Shown here piece after piece: positions 1 through 11,600 of a stretch of 64,000 nt of DNA. How positions within the stretch are numbered: the first letter of the stretch is position 1; every line of letters starts with the position of its first letter. The notes under the pieces are model-generated. The model had not been told where the DNA came from. It saw nothing but the letters and a program-made list of their open reading frames with translations, and did not search any database. Both the position numbers and the translations under genes were made by a program. The DNA comes from Kudoa neothunni. Its lineage: Eukaryota > Animalia > Cnidaria. The stretch spans positions 12,281,843 to 12,345,842 of the forward strand of contig OZ199838.1 of assembly GCA_964304625.1 (NCBI GenBank). Reading direction: 5' to 3'.

Positions 1-257
1 ATTTCTAAGTGAAAAAATTATTTGTTTCTTAAATGTATGCAATTCAATTATATTAAATAGCTATGTATATTATTATATGCGCGCGCTAATAATTACGTAA
101 AACTAGACGTTACCAATTTAACACACATTTTTTCCACAATTCCGAAGGGATTACTCAAAGCCATGTGACGATTGTGCTTTTATTCGAAGAATGTTAAACG
201 GTTTACTAAAATTTGCTTATTTTAATTATGTTATTTTAAAAATAATTGAATAATTTT

Positions 258-300
258 CTGCACACACGCGCAGAATGTGCGTAAACCGGAAGTGACCAAT
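258..300. promoter_or_regulatory. GC-rich promoter-like patch with GCGCA elements, an ETS-type CCGGAAGTG site and a CCAAT box
   Basis: CACACGCGCAG at ~264-273, CCGGAAGTG at 286-294 and CCAAT at 296-300, in very AT-rich DNA. No gene could be assigned inside the window. Confidence 0.35.
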
Positions 301-1611
301 GGTTCATAAAATAGTTTATAATTGAGAACAATTTTTAGAAGTGAAATTTATTTTAACGGATTATTATCGATGAAAAATCACCTAATTTATATTAATAAGT
401 TAACGTTAACTTCTGTTGTTTGTTCAATTTTTCCATTTTTTAATACTTATATAAAATCAAACCATCAAATATAGGTTTCTAACTTCATATGTTATTATTA
501 TTTTGTCATGATCAAGGTAGAATTGCCAAAAGATGCATTAAAATATAAAGCAGTGGCTTTTTCAAGGGGGGAAAATTACTCCTAAACCAACATGTTTATA
601 AAAATTTTAACTTCATTTCCCTAATAAGTAATTTCGCTAAATAATTTCTAATTTTCGGAGAAAGATAATATGGTGGAATTTTCAAGGCGGTTAACATCTC
701 TCTGATTTTATACGTTCTATTGTTGAAAATTATAACCTTATTTATTAAATATTTCTTCTCAAGGTTTATAAGAGGAATAATTTGTTCTAATGTATAACTC
801 TTTCTATTCAAAGCAATGATTAACTTAATTTCTAAAATCGATAATAATTTTTTATTTTGATTTAGACTGTTTATCGGCTAAACGTATTGTACTTATTAAG
901 AAACAATAAAAATTATTGTGTGCTAATTAATTACGATTTGATGTTATGTTGTCCATCTAAAGTAAAGAGCGCTGAGCGTCCACATAAATAGTTGTTGGTA
1001 TTTCTATAAAGTGAAAAAAAATTAATTATATGCATGAAATAACGATTCTCAATGGAAATAAAAAATTCCTTTGTGTTAATAATAGCCAAATAACTTGAAG
1101 TATGATAAAAATTATATATATATATATGTATAGCGAAAAGATAGATTCTTTAATATGTAGAATATTAGATTCGCGAAAGTAAAAATATAACATTTTAGGG
1201 GTTATGTAAACAGTGCATTATTTATCATCTTAGGAGTTATGGCGCTGCTTGAATCATGCATACTCCAGTAAATTTACATAAGTAATTTTTGATATTTCAC
1301 ATTGCATTGTCCATATTACGCAGAATTAGGACAAATATAGTTAAATTTATTAGAGAATAAATCATTTATTGGGAAAGTGAAGTTGAAATTTGTATAAACA
1401 TGTTACTTTAGGAGTAATTTCCTCCCGTTGCAATAGCCATTGCCAAAATATAACGAATTACGCAGTATCGAGAGTTCATTGTATTTTGATATTTAAACCA
1501 TTGGCAAATATCACGCAGATATTAAAAAAAACTTAAAAGCCAATAACAACGACAACACAGAATTATATAGATGCGAGTTCTATGCTAATGGTCAAAAAGC
1601 AATCCACACGT

Positions 1612-3772
1612 TCAGCTGTTATTTTTTTCCTCTAACTTTTTTATTCTTTTCTCTGTATCTAGAGATATTTTGGAGGGCAGTCCTGATTGCCCCGAGCGTG
1701 TGTTTTTGGCATCATGAATCGAAATTTCTTTGTTAATGTTATCATTAAGTGATTTTAGGTCGATCACAAGTTGCTTGAAATTTTTAGCCCAATCGTTTAA
1801 TACAGCAGAATCACTTTTATCCTCTACAAAACTGACATATCCTTCAGGAGAATTAATTTTCGCATAGAGACTGTCTCTTACAACCAATGAACAAACGTAC
1901 TCTTCGACTTTCTAAACAATACCATTCAGCATACACATAATCAAACACATGACACAGATCTTTAGAAGGCGCGAAAAAAGGAAAACTACCTCAACTGGAA
2001 GTAGTAAGTGTTTACTCATGGTAACCAACTTGACAGTGCTGTAATGTTGAGAGATAACATATATATTCTACAACAATTGAAAAAATTATAAAATAAATTT
2101 TCGGACAAATTAAGCCGATTCTATTAGCAGTAGCCCGCGAAAATTTAAGATAGTTAATTATTTATGAATCATAGTATATTTTCAGCGACAACAAACAAAT
2201 TATAGCCAGAACTACATACAGTGGATTAAATTTTTGCGGGCCAGTTAACACGGTTAAAAAATTAGATAAATCTACATATTCGGTGATTCGATCGAGAAAC
2301 GTTTGCCAATTACGACATCCTTCCTCTGTGGTTGGATCAAAATTGCACACAAGACCGCTTAGATCGTTGGTGAAGCGATTACGATATTTTTTCACAAACC
2401 AATCGATATCAATTAATTCATTGTGTAAAAACAACGACAGGAGCTCACTAAGTTCAATATAATATTCGCTTAACTTAAACCAAGTTAATACCAGTAAGGA
2501 GCCACAACATCAATATTTTTAAGTTTGCGTAACTTTTTAATTTCCTCAACTTGGGTCTCACATCTCTCAGCCATTAACAATATAACAATAACACCCCGAG
2601 CAGCCTAAAAATCAGCTATACATTAGTTCATCCACATTACAGTTGATTACCTCAGCCCATATGGGGGTGCCAGGTTCGACAAATTTACTGTTTAGAAGCG
2701 ATTTGTAATGACTGGGCGACTTTGATATAGTTTTTGAATTGGCATTGAAGTTTGGCCATCAAAATATGATATTTGTTTGTCATTTCCTAGTTGAATAATG
2801 ATTAGATAGATTAACAAATAAAGTGCATTCAACGAGATATTAATGTTTAAATTCCATACAAAGTTATCGGCAAATTTGGCGGGAATAATTTTATTGCTGA
2901 TAGTCTGAGCTAGTGGATAGTTTTCTTGTAGATAAACCAGCCTCAGTTGTTCAAGCATAAAGTCCACTTTCTCTTCGTTAGACATTAACAAATAGTTTTC
3001 AACTTGCAACTCTTGCATATATTGGGTAGCGACTAAAAGAAATAACACTTTGCAAAAAATTGAATGAAGAATACATTTTAAATTTCCTTGTTGCTCATAG
3101 ATATTAGCCAATTTACGTACAAGTCGTGCTCTTTCATTTTCGACGTAAACCTAACATCAAATATATTTCTCAAAAAGCGTGAAAAATAGCAAAAATCTAC
3201 TCTTCCTTTAGTTTCGTCAGAAACAGTTACGATAAATCGAATTTGTTCAGTTACATCAGTTATTTGGTCGGCAATCGAACAGCATTCTTTGATGAACGAG
3301 GCGAATGCCTAAATCCAAAGTAGAACTTTCTCACAATGATTATTAAAAACATCTTTCAGTTGTGCTCTTCGTTTAACCAATAAACGCACACTGTTATTCA
3401 TCTCGTCGTAGTTTCTCACACTAAAACATGCTTGAATAATGTAGATCATAACTCGAGAAGTTGTCTCCAAATCTACAGCCTAAAATTCACAAATAAATTT
3501 AGTAGCGATTCAACAGACTTCAGATCAGTACCATTCTTGATTGTTTCTCAGCTGTCAACAATACTTTCAATGCTTCTTCTAGGTTGTTTTCCTACAAGTT
3601 ACCCAACAATAATCACAAATGCAAAATTCAACGTAGTTTCTACTCGAAGAAGCTCTCTCGCTGTGTCAAGCGCTTTATCAGCTATTTTTGAGCAGTCCTT
3701 TTCTCTTTTGAGCACATTTCCTTTGATGTCAGTCACATACAAATCGATGGAGGCTTCAACCGATGACGTCAT
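1612..3772 (-). CDS. PSMD12: 26S proteasome non-ATPase regulatory subunit 12 (RPN5), multi-exon
   Basis: Spliced translation matches RPN5 motifs: LLTAEKQSRM, LLVKRRAQLK, VYVENERARL, MQELQVENY, EEKVDFMLEQLRL, TEEGCRNWQTF, LYAKIN, VLNDWA. About 11 exons with short introns. One +1 frameshift at 2714-2716. The start could instead be 3793 or 3817. Confidence 0.93.
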
Positions 3773-3777
3773 TGTTA

Positions 3778-3789
3778 TGCGCTTGCGCA
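3778..3789. promoter_or_regulatory. NRF1-like element TGCGCTTGCGCA immediately upstream of the PSMD12 start codon
   Basis: Resembles the NRF1 consensus YGCGCANGCGCR. Related motifs precede the other housekeeping genes in the window. Confidence 0.5.
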
Positions 3790-4311
3790 TCATGCAATTC
3801 TTATTGTATAATTCCATTTCCGAAAATAAAATTAAAACTTTTTTTGAGTAGAAAAATTCTCATAATTATAAAGAAATAATTTCTGTAAATTTTAAAATCA
3901 AGATATCCTTAATTATGGCATCATATTAATCCATTAGATTTTTATAATTGATCCATATTGTGTTTAAATATATTTTGATTTAATATTGGAATTTATAAAA
4001 TGGGGAATATATTTTATAATGTTAGATATAGAAAGAATAATTTATATTAGGGTTCTCCAAACTTTTTGATATGAATGTCATATTCTAACGTTATTGTTAC
4101 TCCGCAGTTGATATGAAAACTAACTCTTATCACTGTTTCATTTTCTTGTAAAAAAATTTTTTAAATTAAATACTTTGACAGGTTTTTCTAATTTTATATA
4201 TTTCTCCATATGAATTATTAATGAGTATATTGAATACTCAAATTAATATTTTGTTTCATGTCTATCGCTGTTGAATTTATTTAGCGCTGCGATAGCACTG
4301 TTATATACAAA

Positions 4312-5016
4312 TAGGGTATGCAATTTTCGATTTAAATCGATTTTATCAGGATGGTTCGACGTTTATTTTTTTGGTGTTTCGGAAAGGGCACCTTAATAAG
4401 AATAGGCTGAAAAAGTTGTAATTTGGAGCATTTTATTGAGGATTGGATTAATTTAGAAATTATTTAAAATGCTACAAGTTAAAGTTACCTACAAAACAAA
4501 ACCATGTGCAGAAACATTTTACATTATTGAATGATAGAATCGTTAAAGCATATATCTTCTAGTCCCCTTCGTTATTTAGAGATCACAAAAATCAAAAAAT
4601 CAAGATTTATTTTGTTTCAGCTGATGTGTATGATGGATTGCCATTCAAAATAATAGATAATCTCATAAGAGCTAGAAATTTTTCCCAAAAATATTGTCCT
4701 TCAGCACGTTCACTTTCTAGTGTTAAAACTTCCGTTGATAAGCATTTACCTACATTGTTTGAAAAAAAAATATTTTTTAAACAAATCGTTTTCTTTATTC
4801 GCAATTAAAATTTGTTGGAGATTAGACATGTTTTTTCCGATGAGAGAACATCTCTTTCGAAAGGGAAAATCTCTATGGTACTATAATTATATTAAAATAT
4901 AGTATAATTATGTGTAATGTAACGTTAATTTGTGTTTTTTGCGCCATAGAGATGTTTGCGCATATCAGTGTATAATCTCCTTTATGCATAAAAAGCGTCG
5001 AAAATTGCATGCCCTG
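4312..5016 (+). mobile_element. Non-autonomous hAT-type element
   Basis: 19-bp TIRs TAGGGTATGCAATTTTCGA / TCGAAAATTGCATGCCCTG. Flanks TATACAAA and TATATAAC match at 6/8 positions (degenerate TSD). Internal PSARSLSSVK resembles the hAT dimerisation ERxFS motif. Confidence 0.65.
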
Positions 5017-5503
5017 TATATAACACATATTGTTGTGTTGTCTAATTTAATACTAAAATAATTTAATTTCTGCTGTTCATTAAAATTTCTGCATTCATAA
5101 TTGACTTTTCATTTTTAAAAGTCATCCGACATTCCTTTTTTCATGCCTCAAAATGCATGGCATATAAAAACCGATTCAGCATCTAGAGTACAAGTGACAA
5201 CGAACTTTATTAGAGAACGTGTTATGTATTGACAGAGGATATTGGCACGGTAAAATTAAATCTATCGCAGCATGCATGTACGCTTGGGCATTGAAAATTT
5301 TGAATCTCTGCAGCTCTTACTTGCATACAGTTTACAGATTTAATTATTTCTTTGCCACCTGAATATTATTTATGGTGCCAATAGCCACTTCCTTACGCGC
5401 TTATTTAGTCATGCAATGATTAATTGACTTAATTTAATTATGATATAAAATTTTCAGAAAAAAAATAAAATACTTAAAAACTTAATCGTTAAATACAGTG
5501 ATA

Positions 5504-6896
5504 CAGTAGGTAATCGATTTTACGTACTTTTACTTTTTCTTCTCTTATACATAATTATCAGAACCAAAACTATTTTTGAAATTTCGAACACTTTATTTTA
5601 TGTAATTGAACTTGTGAATTACAAACAAAATAATTTATATAGAAATTTTGTTATAAAAAATAAGAATTATCGATTTTACGTAGTTTTTTGGATCCGACTC
5701 TAATTTTCAAAATTCCCTGCTTTATTTAATTATATCCATAATATCATTGTAAATCATTTAGACATAAAGAACAGTTAAATATTTTTCCATTATTTAAAAA
5801 TTTACGACTGAAAGATGATAAATCTTTTAAATTTCGAGATTTTGATCTCGTACATATTTCTGGTTTGAAAACTCTGAAGACAAGAATGTCGAGTTAATTT
5901 CCTCATATAAAATAAGTTGGAATTCATTCAAAAGAAACATTCTGGATGAGGAATCAAATAATAATTTTTATACTATAGTTTGTAATTGATTAAAGGCATT
6001 AGAGTCAGGAAATCTGATTTATTATAGACATTTAAATGTGTAAAAAAATTGGTGGAGGAGTTCAATTAAAAATCATTACATTTTGGAGATTTTATGGTTC
6101 TAGGCTGCGCCTTAATTTAAAAATGGTCAATTTTTTGTTAGTCATTTATACACCTAAAACTTTTACCATAACTGACATAACAAATTTAGTGATATTGCTG
6201 CAAGATATTCTACAGGCCTTTTTTTAAATTTTTATAAAACTATAGTATATTCAATCAAAAAAACAATGTTTATTTATTGTAATATATAAAAATTTTCTAA
6301 AGTAAGCTTTGATTCATGTTAGGAATACAATTCACATCTAAAAAAAGATCGAAAATTATCTATGAGCTAATTTTATACGTCCAATTCTAGGAGTTGCTCA
6401 AATCGTCCTTTGATTTGTCATCACAAGAATTAACGATTTTCTAACGATGACAAAAATTTACTCATTCAATTCGAGAAAAACAAGAAATCGAGGATGATGA
6501 TGAAATATTTAAAATATTCCTAATTTTTTAAAATAGTAATTTCAAAAGTATTGTTAACAGTTTATACGTATATTTCTGTAGCCCAACTTTTTATCATGAA
6601 AATAAATGATATAGCATCATTCTCGTATCATTAAAAAAAATTCAGAAAATTAACTACTATCTCTCAAAAAAACGAATAATTTATTTTTCAAAGTCCAACC
6701 ACAAAAGTAGTTAATTAAAAACCCTCATTATTGCATATGATAATGAGCTAGATACATAGCCACCAGATTTTTTTCAAATTATGTTAAAACATTGCTAAAA
6801 ATTAATAATTGTGAATTTTATTATATCATTTCAATACAAAATATTTTTAATTGGTCGCGTGCGCATAAAAAAGTACGTAAAATCGATTACCTACTG
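5504..6896. mobile_element. pogo/Tigger-like non-autonomous DNA transposon
   Basis: Perfect 28-bp TIR CAGTAGGTAATCGATTTTACGTACTTTT with TA on both sides. Same TIR family as the transposase-bearing element at 37746-39520. Confidence 0.85.
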
Positions 6897-7883
6897 TATT
6901 AGGATATAGTTGTCACATGCAAAAAATAGTATTAAAAATTATGAAAATGCGAGTTGTTCGCAGTTTCTGGTTGATTGTAAACATTATTGCTGCTAGAAAC
7001 AAATTCAAGTTTTCCATATAATACGCCATTTTTGATAAAATATGTACAATAAAGTCCTAAAAGAGTCAATCAATCAATCAAGAATATTTTATATTTTTCT
7101 AACAGAAACGTCAACAGGCCTGATCCGGCTTCGGAGGCGGTAGTTTGGAAACCCTTACCATTGAGAAGTAGTAATGGATTTAACGACTTAAATAACCGTA
7201 ATGCTATATAGCTACGTAGGTATATGTGCTTAAATAGCTTTTCGATATAATAAATCCAGAGTAGTCATGAGATGGGTTACTAAGTAATAAGTTATCAGAT
7301 AAATCTCTCGCTGTTACAAAAACAGTATGTTTAGCACACAACAATAATGACTATGTTAGTGGGGTAAGTATGCAAATTGAATGTTTTACATTTAGAGATT
7401 AAAAATATTTACAATTCTCTAGAGTGGCAAGCCTTGTTTACAAAATAGTAAATTATTATTGATGACGAATCCTCCAGTTAGTTGGAGAAGGTTTATCCGT
7501 CGTAATTTTATAAGGTAGGAGAACTATTTACAAGATGTAACTTTTAGAGCTCATTGGAAGTTGTCTATCAGTAAAATATAAAAATACAGAAGCACCATCA
7601 AATAGAAGCAATATAGCATTACTATCGACATTTAGAGACTCAGTAACTCAAGAAATCAGCCTGCATGAAAATGACACCACGCACCTCATTCAGAATCACC
7701 ACCCACTTAACCCTATTCCATTTTTCTACTATTCCAAGGTCAAATGCCCCATTATTATATTGTACAATGGTAATTATGACTGGCTTAAACTATTCGCATT
7801 GTAAAAATTCAAATTAGATGGATCAGGAAACACAAAAAAATTTATATACAATAATATGACTACATAAAAAGTTGCACCTACTA

Positions 7884-8346
7884 TTATTCATCGATATCAT
7901 CAAATGAAAGTAGTTTCGAATTGTTAACAGCCTTCGTTTGTGGTTTTCGGAGGCCACTTTTACCCACACTTTTAACATGTTTATCATTTCTCTTGATTTT
8001 CTCCCCCGATTTAGATTCAACGTTGGGCGTTTTGAATAGGATTTTTTCTGAAAAAATTTTTATATCACGAGCGTTAACATAAGATATATAAAAAACCGGG
8101 TTTATTTATATCTAATTTCCGGTCTTCAAGTAGTGCCTTAGTAGTTACGACATCCAATTCGGTGTTATCTTCCATCACAACCACCGGTAGTTCGTCATCA
8201 TTGATATATTCATCGTTGGTCCGACTACAAGGTTCAATTGGTTTATTCTTCTCCTCAATATTAGTTGGTTCAACATAGTTGACTCTTTTTTTAAACTTTC
8301 GTATGAAGTTCGGTTCTTGAACGTCAGTAAATTGAACTTTCACCAT
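7884..8346 (-). CDS. KIAA1143: DUF4604 family protein (KIAA1143 homolog), 2 exons
   Basis: VQFTDVQEPNFIRKFKKRVNYVEP, DDELPVVV, KILFK and C-terminal NNSKLLSFDDIDE* parallel the KIAA1143 motifs (EPAFLARFKERVGY, EQPQVVV, NSSLLSFD). One intron at ~8048-8097. Confidence 0.85.
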
Positions 8347-8669
8347 TAATAAAGTTGCGTAAAAGATCGTTAATTTTCGCGCAAGCAATTACGTATATTT
8401 CTTCCATCAAAATTCAACTATTTCCCCAATTTTCAGCTTTAAATTATTCATAGTACCTTATAGAATAAATCTCATGAATAAAGTAAAAAAACTGAATCGA
8501 ATTATATAGCATAGAAAACCACAAAAAATATATTAAATTTGTCCAATTATAAAAATTTGTTGATAAAAAATAATTATTTTGAAAGAGTTATAAGATGGAG
8601 TTTTGATTTCGATGTTTGGATTAGATTTTTAATATTCTAGAAATAGATATTATCAAAAGATTCACATAA

Positions 8670-11600
8670 TTAATCTACTTGATAGTTAGCCAAAAATTTC
8701 TCTACTTCATTTCTCACGAAAGGGTATTTCCTTGTAAGCTTGTGAGTCTGAGCTTTCTTCAAGTCGGTCACAACCATACTGGATGTCTCAATATAGTAGA
8801 CTGTAGGTAAAGGGAAGATAATGTTGTTTTTGTTGTAAATATTTTCTGCAATGACAAGCTTACCACTGCTTAGCATCGTTTCAAATAGCTATATTTCAAA
8901 AAATGTGTACTAACTGATTTTTAAAGAACAAACTACCTTGGAATTTTTGATTGTATTTCGCAATTGAACTATACAACCATTGGCATTGGCAATAATCGCC
9001 TTATCACAACTCACGTCAATGACAAGTCCAAAAATGGATAATTCTTTTTCCAATGAATCAATCAAGTTGTGGTCATAGAAATCTTCAAAATGGTGGAACT
9101 AAAAACAGATATACCAACACAATCAGTCTCACAGAATAATCACGTCAACTTTATATTGCAGGTGGTTGTTCGAACAATTTTTTACCGGAACTATCTTTGT
9201 ATTGTTTGTGGTAACCAGCTATACAATATATATCCAATTCCAACTAATTATTGAGACAATTTAAATAGCTAATACTTGAAATGGAAGGTTTGAAGGAGTG
9301 CACCCCCTGAATGAAAAAAAATTGATTCTACATTCAAATAATGAATGAATGAGTTACCAGTTTTTTAAGCTTTCAAATTGTAAATAAAATAACATTTCCC
9401 TTCCTTTAAATAGGAGATTGTATCATCATCGATAACCATAAGCTGAAGAGTAGTGGTATACGTAGGTGGAACTTCCGCTCCCTCTCTACTGCTGCAATCA
9501 GTGATTCTAATTTTTACAAACTTTACAAGCTTTCGGGGAGGAAACTAAATACAATAAAGTTAAAAAGAAACAAAACACATGTAACTACCATGTTCTCCAC
9601 AATTTTTGTGGTTTGTTCTTGGATACTACTTATTTCACATTCGACTGTGGTTAGGTTTGTGCGATCGTATAAATCTTGAGTAGATCTATCGAAATTAAGA
9701 CAAATAAAAAGATAGCGAATGGAACGATTTACAAGCTGGAAATATATTGACTTTCACTCTTTAATTTTTCAAATGTCTTTTCAAACATAATATTAGCGAC
9801 ATTGATGTAATTGTGCGAGATGCGGTCTTCCTCTTCCATTGAGAGATGTGATCGGGTGCCATCAACTTTTTTCTCTAAAAACTAGACTCAACAAATAATT
9901 ATGAAAATAAGTAAATTATCACTAGAAATCCATTACATTTGGAGGATATATTTTCAGCATGACCACTTTAACACACGCTACCTCCTGATCCTCTATCAAA
10001 GAATCTAGTTTTGTGTAAAATGCTCCCTCATAGAATCCCAATTTAACATGAGTAAATGATTTCCTCGTAGAATTGATGTTCAATTGAAGGAGAAACTTAT
10101 TATACACCTAACATAATGATGTAAAGTGTATAGGATGTTTTTCGCATTAATTTACATCCAATGGATGACCACATAACTCATCACCAACTTTGGAGATAGT
10201 GGGTATGGTTATTAAGTTGTCACCAATTGACAGATTACATTTAGATATCTGCGTCTGAAGTGTGTCATCAACGCAGGCTACAACCGTATACCATCCATCA
10301 GATAACTCGATTTTCTTATAAGATCACTTATTCCAAAATCGAAAACAACAATCATTTACCGATTGATCTCCATCAATAGAAACATTGGAAACGCGCAAAA
10401 CAATTGGTAAAAAATTAGCTTGCACTTCCATCGTTGTTATTCGATGAATCGGAGAACTAAATTCAAAGTGTAAATAACAAGAATAATTCTTGCTGTTAAC
10501 CATTTACAAAAGGTGACTAATCACTGAGGACTGATCAAAAATGTAAAAATTCTTACATTGTCTTAAAAGTTTTAAGTCAAATTAGTCCTCAAATTAGCCA
10601 GAACACGCTTAAAATAACATTTCAAAAATACTATGTATTAAGTTGTAATAATCATTAAACTAAATGTATGGGGAGGAAAATGGAATGGCACGTCAAAATG
10701 ATAATATCTTTAAAAATGATGTTGAGCAACTTGTAAGTTTCTACATGACCATAAAAAAAACTTCCAACGTTTAAATTTTTCACCTATCTTGAAATAACAA
10801 GCGATTATAATTATTTCATTAAATCCGTTTCAAATACAGCCTCTCTGACAACGTTTATAGTTCGAGATGTCATACACATAAAAAAGTTTAAAAGAAAACT
10901 AAAGCAGAATTAAAAATTCCAATTTGATCAGCGCATTTTTCCACCTTTTAAATGTTACAAGGTTCTGATAAAAATCCCAATGATTCCTAGACAAACATTC
11001 GCTATAAAATCGTCTCAAATATCGTTACAAAGGAAATATTTTCCCAAATAAGCATTCCATATTTTTTATATCGCTATACAAGTTACTGTTCTAAACCTGA
11101 ATTTACGTATTCACACGCAAAAATAATTCTATAATAAAAGTCATTGCTATAAATATTTGTTATAAGTAATTCTACGTTCATTATTGTTTTTTAAATACAT
11201 ATTATTAAAATTGTTGTTTAACAAAATATTTAGATGAGAAACCAATCCTGAGTAAGGATCTGGTAGTTACAAAAGTAATAAGCGCGAGAGTTCATTCATG
11301 AATATACGACGTACTCCAAAAATCCAACTATTCTAATTATACTTATTTTTTATTTTTATCGAGGGAATGCCAATAATATCGAATAAATGGATCCCTTTTG
11401 TGTAGTTTTACCTCCAATTATTCATTCAAGAAAAGTGATGAGCAGAAATAACTGTTTTTTCAAAGATAATACCGGGTCTTATGTTAATTTTAAGTTGTAA
11501 AATCAAATTTTCTGTCTAATTTAACTTTTTTACAATTTTATCGGGAAATCATCGATTTAATTATAGACTGGAACTTTCTTAATGAATGTGCGAAAATCTC

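Larger units (their letters stand above)
4048..7157. mobile_element. Degenerate hAT (Charlie/Buster-like) element hosting nested insertions
   Basis: Left end TAGGGTTCTCCAAACTTTTT (4048) and right end GGCCTGATCCGGC...GTAGTTTGGAAACCCTTA (7157) resemble Charlie-type termini. No TSD retained, so the two ends may come from different copies. Confidence 0.5.

Noticed and set aside
596-811. 71-aa ORF
   Set aside because: No ATG start, low-complexity K/I/L/N composition typical of AT-rich noise, no recognisable motif.
3432-3851. 139-aa plus-strand ORF, and similar ORFs at 13823-14297, 30280-30603 and 53598-53942
   Set aside because: These are antisense shadows of real coding exons or transposases.
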